Virus record (IMG/VR): IMGVR_UViG_3300032315_001186
Coordinates: 9,072-73,071 of that record
Source: a virus
Strand: one strand, 5' to 3'
Length of the DNA stretch: 64,000 nucleotides
Position 1 is the first letter of the stretch. Each line of letters begins with the position of its first letter. Below are positions 19,851-33,100 of the stretch, piece after piece. The notes under the pieces are model-generated. The model saw only the letters and a program-made list of their open reading frames with translations. It ran no database searches and was not told the DNA's origin. A program made the translations under genes and the position numbers.

Positions 19851-19878
19851 GAAATTGTTGTAGTGGCTATTTATTGAT

Positions 19879-21879
19879 ATGGATGAAAACGGACAAATTG
19901 GGGGATTTTTTGAAGAGTTAAAAAAATTTTCACAACAAGCCCTTGCTAGTTTGAGTAATTTGAGTGGAGAGGCTTATGAATTAAATAAACAGATCCTAGA
20001 GGCAAATGCTTCACTAGCAGGTACTTTTGGACGAACCCAAAGTTCAGTACAAGGTCTTCGAAAAGAATTAGTTATTGCACTACCCGAGGTGGTTCGTTTG
20101 GGTGGAAACCTATCTGATGTAGTTAACATACAAGATAAAATATCTAAAAATTTAGGAACAAACAGGATATTACTAGGCGAAACTACGTCCGATTTGTTTG
20201 TCGCGATGAAAGCTCTAGGACAGGCAGATTATGGAGCCGTAGTTGCATCATTTCAAGATGCTGGAATTCAAGTTAGTTTAATAAAAGATCGAATGCAAGA
20301 AACTGCGAATATAGCTCGATTGGTTGGTCAAAATAGTTCGGCGATATTCGAGTTAGTTCAACAAAATTTGAGTAAACTAAACGAGTTTGGATTCAAAAAT
20401 GGAGTAGAGGGACTCTCAAGAATGGCAGCTAAAGCGGCAGTTATGAGGTTTGACATGTATCAAGTTTTTACGTTTGCTGAAAAAGTATTCTCTCCTGAAG
20501 GAGCTATCGAAGCGGTGTCGGCCTTTCAAAGATTAGGGGTTGCTGTTGGTGATTTAGCGGACCCATTTAGGTTAATGTATTTGGCGTCCGAAGATGTTGA
20601 AGGATTGACAGACCAAGTCGTTCAAATGACAAGTAAATTCACGTTCTTTGATGAGAAAAGTAAGGAATTCAAAGTGTTCCCCTATGCTAAAAGAGATCTA
20701 CAAGATATTGCCAAGACTATGGGTATATCGTATGAAAACCTAGTCAAAATGTCTATGGCACAAACTAAACTTAATCAGATCTCTTCAGAATTTAAGTTTT
20801 CTGGTTTTGATAAAGATGATCAACAATTAATTGCCAATTTTGCACAATTTAGTAAAGAGAAAAACGCTTTCATAGTGAAGGTCGATGGTAAAGAGAAATT
20901 AATTGCTGAATTGGGTAAGAAAGATGTTGAAGCACTTAGAGGAAGACCTGAAACTTTGGAGGAAATCGGACAAGCCCCACAGTCGGAACAAAAATTACTA
21001 AAAACTACAATTGATAGTTTAGTAAGTTTATTGGCAGGCATACCAGTAGGTAGTAAAATGACTCAAGATTTAACACAAGCTGTAAGAGCAAGTATTGAAG
21101 CGACGAACGTAGCGCCAAGAACTTTAACGACAGGAATGAGAGGGGGACTTGAAAGGGTTGACACTACATATGAAAATTTCCCTAAACTTATCAAAGAAAT
21201 GTATCAAGATTTGTCTAGTGGAAATTTTGATTTAACTAAATATACAAAAAAACTTACTGACGCTTCTGAGGGATATGTGAACGATTTAGAGAAACTCGGA
21301 AAAAAAATTCAATCTTTTGATTTTACTGGTGAAATATCAAAAAGAATCAGTGGAGATAATTTGATTGCCAAAGGAGTTGATTTTGGTGTAAATCTTACTG
21401 AAGTTTTAATTGGAAAGGTGGATAATATATTTGTAGACCCTTTAAGACAGAGTGTATCCAATGCAACTACTCAATTAAGTAATATCAATACGACAACAGT
21501 AAATAATAATTTAAATAATTTAGGTACACAATCGAGTAAGACAGCGGCAGAGTTAGGAAATTTACAATCGACAATTAAAAATAAGTCCACAGTTATATCA
21601 CAACCTACTAACATTAGCAGTGCACCTCCTATAATCCCCCAAAATATACAGACTATGGTGGTCACAACACCTCCAGGATCTACGAATCAAAATGTATCAT
21701 TTTCGCCAATAACGGGGGGGATCGAGTTGAAGGTCGTAACCCAAGACGGACGAAGTTTGGATGTAACTAATCAAATCGTGAATAGTTCCGAATTTCAAAG
21801 AAAAGTTGTTGAATTAATTTCAGAAAGAATGAATCAACCAACATACAGTAATTTACCAAATTCGACAAGAACTACGTAG
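19879..21879 (+). CDS. tape-measure-like protein
   Basis: Ala/Gly/Gln-rich helical sequence directly after the chaperone pair. Confidence 0.6.
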   Translation: MDENGQIGGFFEELKKFSQQALASLSNLSGEAYELNKQILEANASLAGTFGRTQSSVQGLRKELVIALPEVVRLGGNLSDVVNIQDKISKNLGTNRILLGETTSDLFVAMKALGQADYGAVVASFQDAGIQVSLIKDRMQETANIARLVGQNSSAIFELVQQNLSKLNEFGFKNGVEGLSRMAAKAAVMRFDMYQVFTFAEKVFSPEGAIEAVSAFQRLGVAVGDLADPFRLMYLASEDVEGLTDQVVQMTSKFTFFDEKSKEFKVFPYAKRDLQDIAKTMGISYENLVKMSMAQTKLNQISSEFKFSGFDKDDQQLIANFAQFSKEKNAFIVKVDGKEKLIAELGKKDVEALRGRPETLEEIGQAPQSEQKLLKTTIDSLVSLLAGIPVGSKMTQDLTQAVRASIEATNVAPRTLTTGMRGGLERVDTTYENFPKLIKEMYQDLSSGNFDLTKYTKKLTDASEGYVNDLEKLGKKIQSFDFTGEISKRISGDNLIAKGVDFGVNLTEVLIGKVDNIFVDPLRQSVSNATTQLSNINTTTVNNNLNNLGTQSSKTAAELGNLQSTIKNKSTVISQPTNISSAPPIIPQNIQTMVVTTPPGSTNQNVSFSPITGGIELKVVTQDGRSLDVTNQIVNSSEFQRKVVELISERMNQPTYSNLPNSTRTT

Positions 21880-21917
21880 AAAAAAATCAAGGATGGGTAT
21901 TTATTTGTAAATAATAT

Positions 21918-24900
21918 ATGCCATCTAGATTAACATTTGATGCCACTTCAGCGGTAAGAAACAGTTTGTTAGTTAGGAATTTAAAACCATACTACAAACC
22001 AGGCGCTTTTGGATATTCAGTATCAAACCAACCAAATCAGTACGAACCGAGTCAATATTCCGTTATTGATTCTCCTGATCAGTTAATTGATTTAGCACCA
22101 TTTGCTGATGGCTTATACTTAACAAATGAATTCGGACCTTATGGGGGATATAATAAGGATATTTCAGGATTAATATCTGTATCTCAAAATCCAACAAATA
22201 GAGGTCCTTATGGTCCATTCCCCCCCTATACAGACGCACTTAAGGTATTTTCGGAAAGTTTTCAAAAAAAAGGTCAAATAAAAAATGAATATTCACCGAG
22301 AGATGGTTTTATAAGATACTATGATATTGGTGATATCGTTAAGGTACAAAAAAATGCAACCTATTGGGATCCACCAAGTTTCAGACCTTCTTCCTACTCA
22401 CCTTTCAGTGTTTTATTACAAGAAATACCTGAAGGGTCTAACGGGCCTGTAACGGACGACTCGAGGCTGGCACAATTGAGTGTTGAGTTTCTTAAAAACG
22501 CATATCAACAAAGAGTAGATCAAAACGTTCGAACTGAAACTCTCGGTAGGGTTAACATATTAAATGGTCTCCAAGATCCAATCAACTTATCATTAATTGT
22601 TGCGGGTAAGAGACCGTTAATTTTTAGAGATTATAAAATCACATCGGGTGGTGGAAATATTTTATCACAAGGACAAGATATTGTCCAAAGAATCGCAGGA
22701 TTTACTTTACCATTGTCACCTATCCCAGGTGATTATTTTACAGTAGATAATGAACAAAGAACTATAAATTCAACACAATCTTTAGCAAGAGCTAGTGAGG
22801 GTGGAACTAGAGGTGGCGTATTTGGATTATTTGGAAGTAGACCAACGTCTCCTTCACAACTTTTTTTAGATTACACAGGTGAAGGCCAAAGAGCACAACT
22901 AACAAACAACTTAGATTACAACAGATACAGACCAAGGTATAACACTGGTGGAAGAGGGATCGTATCGGCAATTGGACAGGCAATTTTTGGGTCTCAAGCT
23001 CAAGATTTAGGTCAAGGATTATACTATGTAGGTTCACCAGATAGAGAACCAATTTACTTAAATTCACCCCCCGGTGCAGTTCCAATCAACGAGTTTGGAC
23101 AAGAAGTTTTAGCTCCTGTTTATGGACCACAAGTATTGGGTAAAGAATATGAAGGTCAAGAACTTTCAGAACAATTAAACTTTGGTTTTGTTGGAGCAAC
23201 ATATCAGAGTCAAGGAGATATAACGGGAGGGTTTTCTTGGGTTAATAGTCGAGTAGCTCCAGATGCGGGAAAACGAGTTGGTCCTGATGGGACAGCTTTA
23301 ACCGAAGATCCTGACTATTCTGTAATAGCCAATCAGTTTGTTGCAAGTGAGTCATCAAACACAAGATATGAATTTAAACCTGGATCTATTCTTGATGATA
23401 CACAAAGGTTAGTTGAGTCAATGCCTTTGGACGGCAATAGATACTCACATGTTGGGAATGCTATAAATCAGACAAGTAAAATTTTTAGCGACGGATACAA
23501 ATTGATTACCAAAGGGTCAAGAGTTTTGAGTTTCACACCAGGTCAACTCAATATCCCTTTGGAATATTGCCGAGTTTTTACTAAAGATACTCCGTACATT
23601 TCATATGGGGATTTACAAAAATCGGATGGAAACATTCGAAAAGCTTCGTATTCAATATTGGATAAGACTTATCAACTTAACATTGCGCCCGAAAAAGGGG
23701 GTGACTCGATATTACGCGGAGAAGGTGGTGTCAAAAAGTATATGTTTTCTATTGAAAATTTGGCTTGGAGAACCTCGTCAAGACCTGGACTTAGATACCA
23801 AGATTTACCGAAATGTGAACAAGGACCGAATGGGGGAAGAATTATGTGGTTTCCTCCGTATGATTTGGATTTTAGTGAGGACACGAGACCACAATTTAAC
23901 GAAACAACATTTTTGGGTAGACCTGAACCAATATACACCTACAGAAATACGACAAGAACTGGTACGTTAAAATGGAAAATCTTAGTAGACCATCCATCGG
24001 TATTGGATTTGGTCGCTCAAAAAGTTTTGGCAAATGAGGGTTCAAGAGAAATAGCCGATCAGGTAATTAATTCATTTTTTGCTGGTTGTAAAAAATATGA
24101 TTTGTATGAGTTAGCGACATTTTATAATAATGTCCCATTAACAGAACTTCAAGCGTGGCAAGAAGTTGTAAACAATCCAAATGTTACGCAGGAACAATTC
24201 CAAGATGCCATCAATAATAATCAACCAGACCCACAAAGTGTTAGTATAACAACAGTCGAGCAACCACAAATTCCTAATTTACAAGAATATCTAAATTTTG
24301 GATTTTATTTTGATAATGATATACCAAAATCTAACGATGCAAACTACGAACCATTATACTCGGCATATACATCAGTTGCAACCAAAAATAACTATCGGGC
24401 AAACACTAAACCACAAAACCAAGTCCAACCTGTTCAAGAATTTTTTACCTCAGTAGTTCAAGGTAATTTCGAAAAAATGAAAGAGTTGTGTCAGAAAATG
24501 TACGATATTCTTTCACAGAACTCAGACGTAAAGATTAAAATTAATTTGTTCTCATCGGCATCTGAACCTGGAAGAATCTCATACAATCAGAGTCTTTCAG
24601 AAAGAAGAAATCAATCCGCACTAACTTTCTTTAAAAACTACAAATTCAGTGGGGGTAAAAGTTTATCGGAATATATCAATAACAGTAGATTAACTTTTCA
24701 ATTAAATGCGGTCGGTGAAACAACCACCGTAAACCCCAAGAGGGGGGATGGTCAATGTGGTAATTCAGTAAATTGTGGAAGTGTTTTGACAGGTAATAGC
24801 AAAATATATTCTACTGCGGCTATGGCGTGTAGACAGGCAAACATCCAAGGTATTCAGGTAATCTCCGATCCGAGGAATCCAACACCAGCAAATGTAGGTT

Positions 24901-26843
24901 CTAACATTGTATTGACACAAGATGGTCGAGAAAACCAAGCATCAGCAAGACCGACACCAGTATCAGTTAATCAACCTACCAAAGACTTATACAAGGGTGC
25001 GTCTAAAAAACTTTTGAGACTATTGTTAAATGAATGTGATTATTTTGAAGTACTCAAAGAAACAGATTTCTTTGCATACGACTCAATTAAGAATAAATTA
25101 AAACATTTCAATCCATCATTTCATTCAATGACCCCCGAAGGATTAAATTCACGACTTACTTTCATTCAACAATGTTCAAGACCTGGTGATACCATTCCGA
25201 CAATAGGGCCGGATGGACAACCAATATACAATGACGCTTTAAACACATCTTTTGGAGCCCCACCAGTATTAGTGTTAAGAGTTGGGGATTTTTACAATAC
25301 CAAGATAATTCCAACTTCATTTGGTATTACTTACGAGAAAACTTACGATATGAACCCTGAGGGTATAGGGTTTCAACCTATGATTGCAAACATCACTATG
25401 AACTTTAATTTTATTGGTGGATCAGGTCTTGCTAAACCGATAGAAACACTCCAAAATGCTCTATCGTTTAACTACTATGCGAATACTGAAGTTTACGATG
25501 AGAGAGCAGAAACAACCGACACGTCGTTTAATGCTCTCGATAAACAAATTATTGAAAAACTACAGAACACTTTACCAGGTGTAGGTGTAGCAAATAACAT
25601 TTATACCCTACAAAACGCTGGTGGAGACACTATTGGACTTTTTGTTAGAACAGGTGAAAATATTTCAGGGGTTACAGGTAATTTGAACTACAAAACATTT
25701 GTCAACACTTTTGTGGAGGCAACAAAATTTTATTATACAACTACGATTAGTTTTTTTGATAATATTTTGAAAAAGTATGGGTATGGTCTTTTATCTTTAA
25801 TGAATACAACGAGCGGAAATAATAGAGGATATTCTGAAGGAGTTTTGGGGACTTTACCAACTTACTTATACGGAAAACCACTTTTGTATCAAAGAAATGT
25901 CGACTCCGTTTTTAGAATATTACAATCTTATGTTGAATCAAAGGCTTTGAATATATTTAGTGCGGCAACACTAAATAGTTCAGGAGTTGTAACGTTCAGT
26001 ATTGGAGAATTCAGTGATCCGTCAGTCACAGAAACGGACAAAGAAATATTCAAAGGAAATTATCAAAGATTTTTAGACACCTATAGATCAAGTTTTATAA
26101 ACGAGGCGACTGAAATGGTGTCTAACTTGGTAGAGTTCGAACAAAATTATGTTTTTCAAATAGATAGATCCAATTATATTATTGCAGAACAGGTAGATGG
26201 AAAAATTGATTCTAAGGGTATTGCTGTAATTTATAAATTCTCAGGGTCAACATCTCAAAGAACACAACTTGGACTTGATATAGATAGTATATCAACAAAC
26301 AATACTTCTTTTTTGAGTTCTTTGGAAACAGGAGGGTTATATTTAGATAACTTTCAATCTAATTTGAACCAACCTTTAACAAATCCTTATAATTCTTATA
26401 TTTTCAGTATTGATATGTTAGCAACTACATCTTTTAGTTCGTCTAATGCTTTAATAAGTGCTCCACAACAAGCAGAGTTTTTGATTTTAAATAAAATTTA
26501 TAGAGACAACACGGCACTACAAAATTTTGTGGCAGATTTGGTGGTTGGTTTATCTGAATATTCTAAGAGTGTAATTACCCAATACTATGGAACTTTTTTA
26601 AAAGTTACCTATGATGGTCTTACAAAAGCTGGAGTTGATCTTCTAGAAAACTATAAATTAACACTTGGTAAAAATTTTGTGAACTACACACCATCATTTT
26701 CCTTGACCGAAGAAAGAGTAATTAATTTCCAACAAGATTTGACAAACGATATTGGTTATACATCTAATTTACAACAATTGTACTCACCGAATAATCCAAA
26801 TACAAGTCCTATCAATTTTAATCTCAAAAAGAAATTCAACTAA
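21918..26843 (+). CDS. large baseplate/tail-tube initiator protein with OmpA-like insertion
   Basis: FPPYDLDFSE...FLGRPEPIYTY and GAPPVLVLRVGDFY tube-initiator-like blocks; YNQSLSERR OmpA-like motif. Confidence 0.6.
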   Translation: MPSRLTFDATSAVRNSLLVRNLKPYYKPGAFGYSVSNQPNQYEPSQYSVIDSPDQLIDLAPFADGLYLTNEFGPYGGYNKDISGLISVSQNPTNRGPYGPFPPYTDALKVFSESFQKKGQIKNEYSPRDGFIRYYDIGDIVKVQKNATYWDPPSFRPSSYSPFSVLLQEIPEGSNGPVTDDSRLAQLSVEFLKNAYQQRVDQNVRTETLGRVNILNGLQDPINLSLIVAGKRPLIFRDYKITSGGGNILSQGQDIVQRIAGFTLPLSPIPGDYFTVDNEQRTINSTQSLARASEGGTRGGVFGLFGSRPTSPSQLFLDYTGEGQRAQLTNNLDYNRYRPRYNTGGRGIVSAIGQAIFGSQAQDLGQGLYYVGSPDREPIYLNSPPGAVPINEFGQEVLAPVYGPQVLGKEYEGQELSEQLNFGFVGATYQSQGDITGGFSWVNSRVAPDAGKRVGPDGTALTEDPDYSVIANQFVASESSNTRYEFKPGSILDDTQRLVESMPLDGNRYSHVGNAINQTSKIFSDGYKLITKGSRVLSFTPGQLNIPLEYCRVFTKDTPYISYGDLQKSDGNIRKASYSILDKTYQLNIAPEKGGDSILRGEGGVKKYMFSIENLAWRTSSRPGLRYQDLPKCEQGPNGGRIMWFPPYDLDFSEDTRPQFNETTFLGRPEPIYTYRNTTRTGTLKWKILVDHPSVLDLVAQKVLANEGSREIADQVINSFFAGCKKYDLYELATFYNNVPLTELQAWQEVVNNPNVTQEQFQDAINNNQPDPQSVSITTVEQPQIPNLQEYLNFGFYFDNDIPKSNDANYEPLYSAYTSVATKNNYRANTKPQNQVQPVQEFFTSVVQGNFEKMKELCQKMYDILSQNSDVKIKINLFSSASEPGRISYNQSLSERRNQSALTFFKNYKFSGGKSLSEYINNSRLTFQLNAVGETTTVNPKRGDGQCGNSVNCGSVLTGNSKIYSTAAMACRQANIQGIQVISDPRNPTPANVGSNIVLTQDGRENQASARPTPVSVNQPTKDLYKGASKKLLRLLLNECDYFEVLKETDFFAYDSIKNKLKHFNPSFHSMTPEGLNSRLTFIQQCSRPGDTIPTIGPDGQPIYNDALNTSFGAPPVLVLRVGDFYNTKIIPTSFGITYEKTYDMNPEGIGFQPMIANITMNFNFIGGSGLAKPIETLQNALSFNYYANTEVYDERAETTDTSFNALDKQIIEKLQNTLPGVGVANNIYTLQNAGGDTIGLFVRTGENISGVTGNLNYKTFVNTFVEATKFYYTTTISFFDNILKKYGYGLLSLMNTTSGNNRGYSEGVLGTLPTYLYGKPLLYQRNVDSVFRILQSYVESKALNIFSAATLNSSGVVTFSIGEFSDPSVTETDKEIFKGNYQRFLDTYRSSFINEATEMVSNLVEFEQNYVFQIDRSNYIIAEQVDGKIDSKGIAVIYKFSGSTSQRTQLGLDIDSISTNNTSFLSSLETGGLYLDNFQSNLNQPLTNPYNSYIFSIDMLATTSFSSSNALISAPQQAEFLILNKIYRDNTALQNFVADLVVGLSEYSKSVITQYYGTFLKVTYDGLTKAGVDLLENYKLTLGKNFVNYTPSFSLTEERVINFQQDLTNDIGYTSNLQQLYSPNNPNTSPINFNLKKKFN

Positions 26844-27163
26844 TGGAACAATATTACAACAGATACAAAGAGTTTTTAATCAACGGAGAACAGACCGTTG
26901 TACCATTTGTTCCATTACCATCTAAAGGGACCGATCAAAGATATATTTATAAAACCGCTGTGAGTAGATTGGATAAAATATCACAACAATATTATAACAC
27001 CCCCTTCTTCGGTTGGTTAATTTTACAAGCTAATCCACAATTTGGAGGGTTAGAATGGAATATTCCTGACAATTCAATAATAACCATTCCGTTCCCTTTG
27101 GTATCATCTCTTCAAGATTACCAAAACGCTTTAAACAACTACTTCTTATATTATGGCAGATAA
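26843..27163 (+). CDS. LysM-like baseplate wedge protein (T4 gp53/P2 gpX-like)
   Basis: RLDKISQQYY...WLILQANP motif. Confidence 0.75.
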   Translation: MEQYYNRYKEFLINGEQTVVPFVPLPSKGTDQRYIYKTAVSRLDKISQQYYNTPFFGWLILQANPQFGGLEWNIPDNSIITIPFPLVSSLQDYQNALNNYFLYYGR

Positions 27164-30100
27164 TCTTTCAAGAGTAAATGAAGATGTATTCGTTGTTCAG
27201 AGTTACGACAATATCGTTTTGGTTGACCCAAACAAAGTAATTAACCAAGACGGACAAGTCAGAGAGAGAGGTATAAGACAAGAAGATTTTGTAATGTATG
27301 CGAATCTAGAAGCTCAAATGTTACCGAGAACCAAGCTTATCCAGGGGCAAGCACAAGATGATGGAATACAGACTCAAGTGTTAGCGTCTATAAATTTTTT
27401 GAGACCTGGAGGAAAGACCTTTTTAGACAACACTTATACAGATCAATTTACGGGGTTAAACTCTTTGACCGCTGAAGGCATCAATCAACCAAGTATTCAA
27501 CAAATAAGTAAACCAAACAAATCTTCTGAATTTTATTACACTCAAAACACAATAAATAAACAAGACACGGGTCTTTTGGGTATTGAAAGTATTGCGATAA
27601 AAAACACGAGATCATTTACGCCTACAGTGGATATGGTTTTGATAGACACACACGGAAGAGCTTTATTTGAAAAAGGTGAAAACTCAGAGTATGCTTTTTT
27701 CTTTAATTTACCATATCCGACGTTTTATTTAACAATCAAAGGGTATTATGGTAAAGCTATTAAATACCAATTGATTCTCACCAAGTTTTCAGCGGCATTT
27801 GAATCAGCGACAGGTAACTACAGAATAACATTACAATTTTATTCATACAAGTATACGGTTCTTGCAGAAACACAAATAGGTGCTTTGTTTGCAACACCAT
27901 TTATGTACGCTAGTGATTTCAAAATAACAACAGAACAATCACCATCAATCTCGGCATCTCAAGTTTCTGTTGGTGATGACAAAAAAACGGCAATAAACGT
28001 AAGAACTACTCGTGGTCGACAATTTATATCAGATGTGTATAAAAAATACAAGTCGCTAGGTTTATTAGATCCTGATTTCCCAGAAGTTTCTTTTCCTGAA
28101 TTTAGAGCACAACTCCAATCATTACAGAAAAATTTAGAAACAACTTTTGGACAATCAGATTTTACACCACTAACAAACGCGGATGAATATTTCGAAATAC
28201 TACAAACATTCAGAACGGCTATTACAGATCCCACAACAGAGTCTAGTTGGTTCAGAAAATACATTGACACCGATAAACTATTTATTCTTAACCAAGTTAA
28301 TAATAAACCCCAAACTCAAGTTTGGATTTTGAATCAACAAACAAGATCCAATAGTCAATTTGTCGAAAACGCACTTACTGAGTTACAACAAATTGTAACA
28401 AAATACAAAAGTGTTTTACAAAAAAACTCAACGTTTGGAGTTGGTGGAACTTTTACAGTAGAGAAGTTAAGATATACTAGTCAAATAAAGACAATAGAAC
28501 AAATAGATGCCTCGAAGAGTAAAGATAAGGCTCTAGTTCAAGAAAATAGTTTTGTTAAACTATTAAATGCAAATGATATTGACTGGATTGCAACTTACGA
28601 GGCGAGGTACAAAAGAAAACCGTTGAACGAGTTGGAATGGACAACACTTAGAAATGAAGAAACACAATTTTTTCAAACTATTTTGGATGAAGCATTAAAA
28701 GATGTCAAGTTCCCAAATTATACGTTTGTTTTTTCAGATGGTGTGGGACAATTTGAAGAAATAATCTATAAAACTTTCGGTGAGCTAGAAAAACAAAGAT
28801 CGATTGTAATTGAAAAACTATCTCTTTTTTTATCAAAAAAAATTGAAGGACCGAATGGTTTAGGATTCAAACCTACTATGAGAAATGTAATGGGTATTAT
28901 TTTTGCCTCTGTAGAGGCCTTTTATAGGTTATTGAATCTCGTACATAAGGATGCCTGGTCACAAAGAAATAACCCTTTAAAAAAATTGGCTTGTTATGGT
29001 CAAGGAAATGATGGGGTTTCACCTGATATCAAAAACAACAATAAAGATGTTAATCAAAACAACCTAGTTAATCAGGAGGTTTATCCATGGCCTTTGTATT
29101 TAACCAAACAGATAGAAAAAGATGGGAAACAGAATTATGTTGTAATGTATCCTGGCGAACAATCAGAGTTACAAAGGACAAGAGCGTCTGATTATCAGAT
29201 TTGGCCTGAAGTCCAATTCGTTGAAGAATATATCAGAGGGATAACCAAAAGTTATCAAAGCGAATCTCAACAATCGGGCAACTTAAGTGAAAATGATATC
29301 GGACGAATAATCAATAGGATTACAGTTAATGCGGTTGAATTTCCAACAAGTAATGCTATACTAAGTGACTTACAAGATGTAAAGTTCCTATATGAAATAT
29401 ATGAGAGAGTACTTTTACAAACCTTTTGGGATCGACTATCAAGACCTAATGCTGAGAAAGTTGGTATTATTGATAGTTTGTCTGAAATGGAACTGATAAA
29501 TATTCGAAATGCATTGAATTCATTTTCTAACCCATTAATTACAAAATTATTAAAGAACACGGCTTTTAGTTCTGCAAATTATTTACAAGTTTTGAGAAAC
29601 ATATCGAACGAGGGGGTTGGTATTTCATGGCAACAATTTATAAGAGGAATTTTTACATCTGATTATTTAAGAGCAAAAACACAAAAAGATTTTTCTATTT
29701 TATCTGTAGCAACAATTAGTTCAGGTGCACAGAATTCAAGCAAAGATACAAGTATATTGAAAAATGTCCAAGAGTTTATTAAGAGTAGTTCATCAAACAC
29801 AACTGATTTATTGGATTTGTACCCGTTTGTAGATAATTCTTGGGTACAACAAAATCTATCGAATGTAAATAATAATTCATCGTACAATAGTACTACACGG
29901 AGTTTGTTTTTGAACGATACTCTAAATTACATTACTAATTTTCAAACTATTGCAAACACCGAAAACAATATTAACAGACCATTTGTTAACAATTCTTATT
30001 TGTCCTTCACAGAACCTAATATTGTAATTTCTAATTTTCCACAACAAATCGGGTCTAATAATTTTGTGGACTTTAACACATACTACACAGAAAACAGAAC

Positions 30101-33100
30101 TTTATCTAAATTTGCAATCACAGAAGGTTCTTTAAGTTATAATGGAAATACAGGTAATCTCACACCAAATCAAACGGTATCTATGTTGAATACCCCGTAT
30201 TTTACAAACGCATTTATCGAAGGTGTACAAAACGATAGAAATGACATTCAGTATCCATATCTAAAAGCCGCATATCTATTCTTGAATAGTTTACCATTAT
30301 CCACTTTGAGGGAACCTCTCAAAGACATCGTAGACGTAACATCTAATGTTAACAATGTTTCTAAGGATTATTTATTTGCAACACTGACAAAGTTTGGTGC
30401 TATACATAGATTACCTTATGCATGGATCTTAAAATATGGTTCCATATGGCACCGATATAAAAAGTATGTTGAGTCTGGGGTCGACATTTTAGATTCTGTG
30501 TGGAAAAATGTGGATGTTGGACAAATATACTATCCAACAACAAACAGTTTACAACATCAATATGTTACAAAAGATTTGTATGGTAGTGGAATTACAATAT
30601 ACGCTCAAACAGAAATTTTGAATCCAGGTTCAATTGAATCCATTCAGAAAAAGTATGTTGGATTTTATCCATCCCTTGTAAATGATGTTTTATTCTTTTA
30701 TACTGGGTTGGATTTTTTAACAGGTTATACAAATAATGATTTAGATAAATTTGTTGATGAAGGTTTGAACATTGGAGCTACAGACGCAACAATGAGAGAG
30801 GGAATTGGGTTCGATCCTAATTTCACAAATCGTTACGCTTCTTTGGATTTTCAGGGTTGGTTTATGACCTTCAATACCAAAACATCCACAAAATTCAATA
30901 CCACTGCTCGAAACAAAACTATAGTTTTACCTAGTTTTGGTACTAATTACAATCAAGTAAAGTACGAGTGTTTCAAGAATAACGGAACAAGGTTGATTAT
31001 GTCACAACCAATTTTAAACAACACGGCAGTTAACGATGGGTCAATTAGATTTTTCTGGGGAGCTCCTAATTTTGGGTATTTCGACAATAGCAGTATTACA
31101 AAACCAGCATACAATGAATATGTCAATTTAATACAACCATCCAAAGATAATAGTAATGCGTTCGAAATGTCAAATAAGTATTCAAATATTGAAGAAATTT
31201 TTGGTGTTTTTAAGACAGAAATATTGGATGAATTTGAAACAGAATTTTTAAATTTTTCTAGATCTAGTCGACAATTTAATAGTCAAGAACTTTTGTCTGA
31301 TGATTTTGTGAACAGATCATTCCAACAAGTTTTTGCAAATTGTTTAGTTGTTGATGAAGTTTCTAAAGAACTGACACAAACAAATTATGTGAATACTTGT
31401 GTAACAAAACAAGGTAAGGTATTAACAGAGGCCATACAAAAATTCTTAAATTATAATATTGCTTTCAAATTTGGCAACCCAGGAAATTTTGATAGAAAGT
31501 TATTTGGAAGTGTCACTACAGACGATAGGTATAGAGTTTTTGATGGATACGATTTTTCTCCATATGTACTTGGATCTTTACCAGGGGATGGATCGGGAAT
31601 TAGTTTAGTTCAATCAGAATTAAACAATCCAGAGTCGTGGAAAACCTTGAAGACTTATGTTGGATTCGCAAGTGTAGATGGTATGAAGTATAGTGACAAT
31701 GGAAGTTATATTACAGATTTTTTTATCACTATGAATGTGGGGTTTACACCTGAGAACATACAAATAGTTGCACCACTCGTAAAAATATTTGCGACACAAA
31801 AACTAGGAGAACCGTTTAACAATTATACAAGAAGTGATTTCGTTACAGAAATAAATGATTTTTATACCACAAAAAATAATTTCTTGAATTTAGTTTTAAA
31901 TTCACTTTTCAACCTATTACAAAAACAATTACCCCAAGTAGAAGAATCAACAGTGAAACCTCTATTAACTGCAATCGACGGGGTTCAACCTAAAATTGAG
32001 TTATATCAAGCATTCAAGTCTTTTAATGACAAATGGATAGCTGGCGCTAATTTTGACGAAAAAACGATATTTGAGGAAGTTTTATTTTTAGACAGAGCAA
32101 ACAGAGATGTTGGAGATGTTCTTGTAGATCCATTTAAATTACTAGAATTCTTTAATTCTTATGCAAGTTTAGACGCACGTGTTATTGATTTTGTCAGTAA
32201 AATTTTAGTTGACAATAAATTTTTTATGATGCCAATACCTGCCTACATTAATTGGTGGGGTCAAGGTGAAGTCCGAAATGGTGTTGAACCAAAATCTCAA
32301 ACGGTTGAAGACATTGCAAATAATTTATTCGGGATATACAATAATGTAGATACACGTGATTCCAAACCAGCATTTTTGTGTTATTATGTTGGAAATCCAA
32401 GCGAACATTTAGATTTGAATCAGAACTCAAATTATGGATGGAGATCGGATGGTTTTGATTTTGCAAACCAATCTCAAAATAGTTTGGCAACCACAAACAC
32501 TAAACAAAATTGGGCAAACACAAATAGGGTGGTTGGTTTTAATGTGGATTTTGGAACTCGTAATCAAAGTATATTTAGTTCCATTAATTTGGATCAAAAT
32601 CTCGGGGCATCTACCACTGAAGCAAATAAGGTAATTACAGAAATGGCAGCACAAGCAGGTGGATTAAGAACAAGTTTAGGTAGTGTAAGTTTATACAATC
32701 TTTATAAGACAAGGAGTTATAACGTACGAGTTGAGGCTTTGGGATGTGCACTTATTCAACCTACCATGTATTTCAATTTACGATATGTACCCATGTTTAA
32801 TGGTGCATACCAAATACAATCAGTAGAACATAGAATAGAAGCGGGCTCTTTTAAAACATATTTCGAGGGAATAAGAATGCCTTTTTATTCATTAGCTAAA
32901 ATTGACACACAACTTTTATCAATCAATAACAACTTATTAAGCGAATTAGTTCAACAAGTTAGAAGATTGAAACAATCGAGTGCACCAACAACTGGAACTA
33001 CAAATAATATAAGTATAGTAAACTCAATTCAAACAAACCTTCGTTATACTACCGCTCAACCCATATTTTGTGATGCAAGTATACGAAGTTCAGAGTTACC

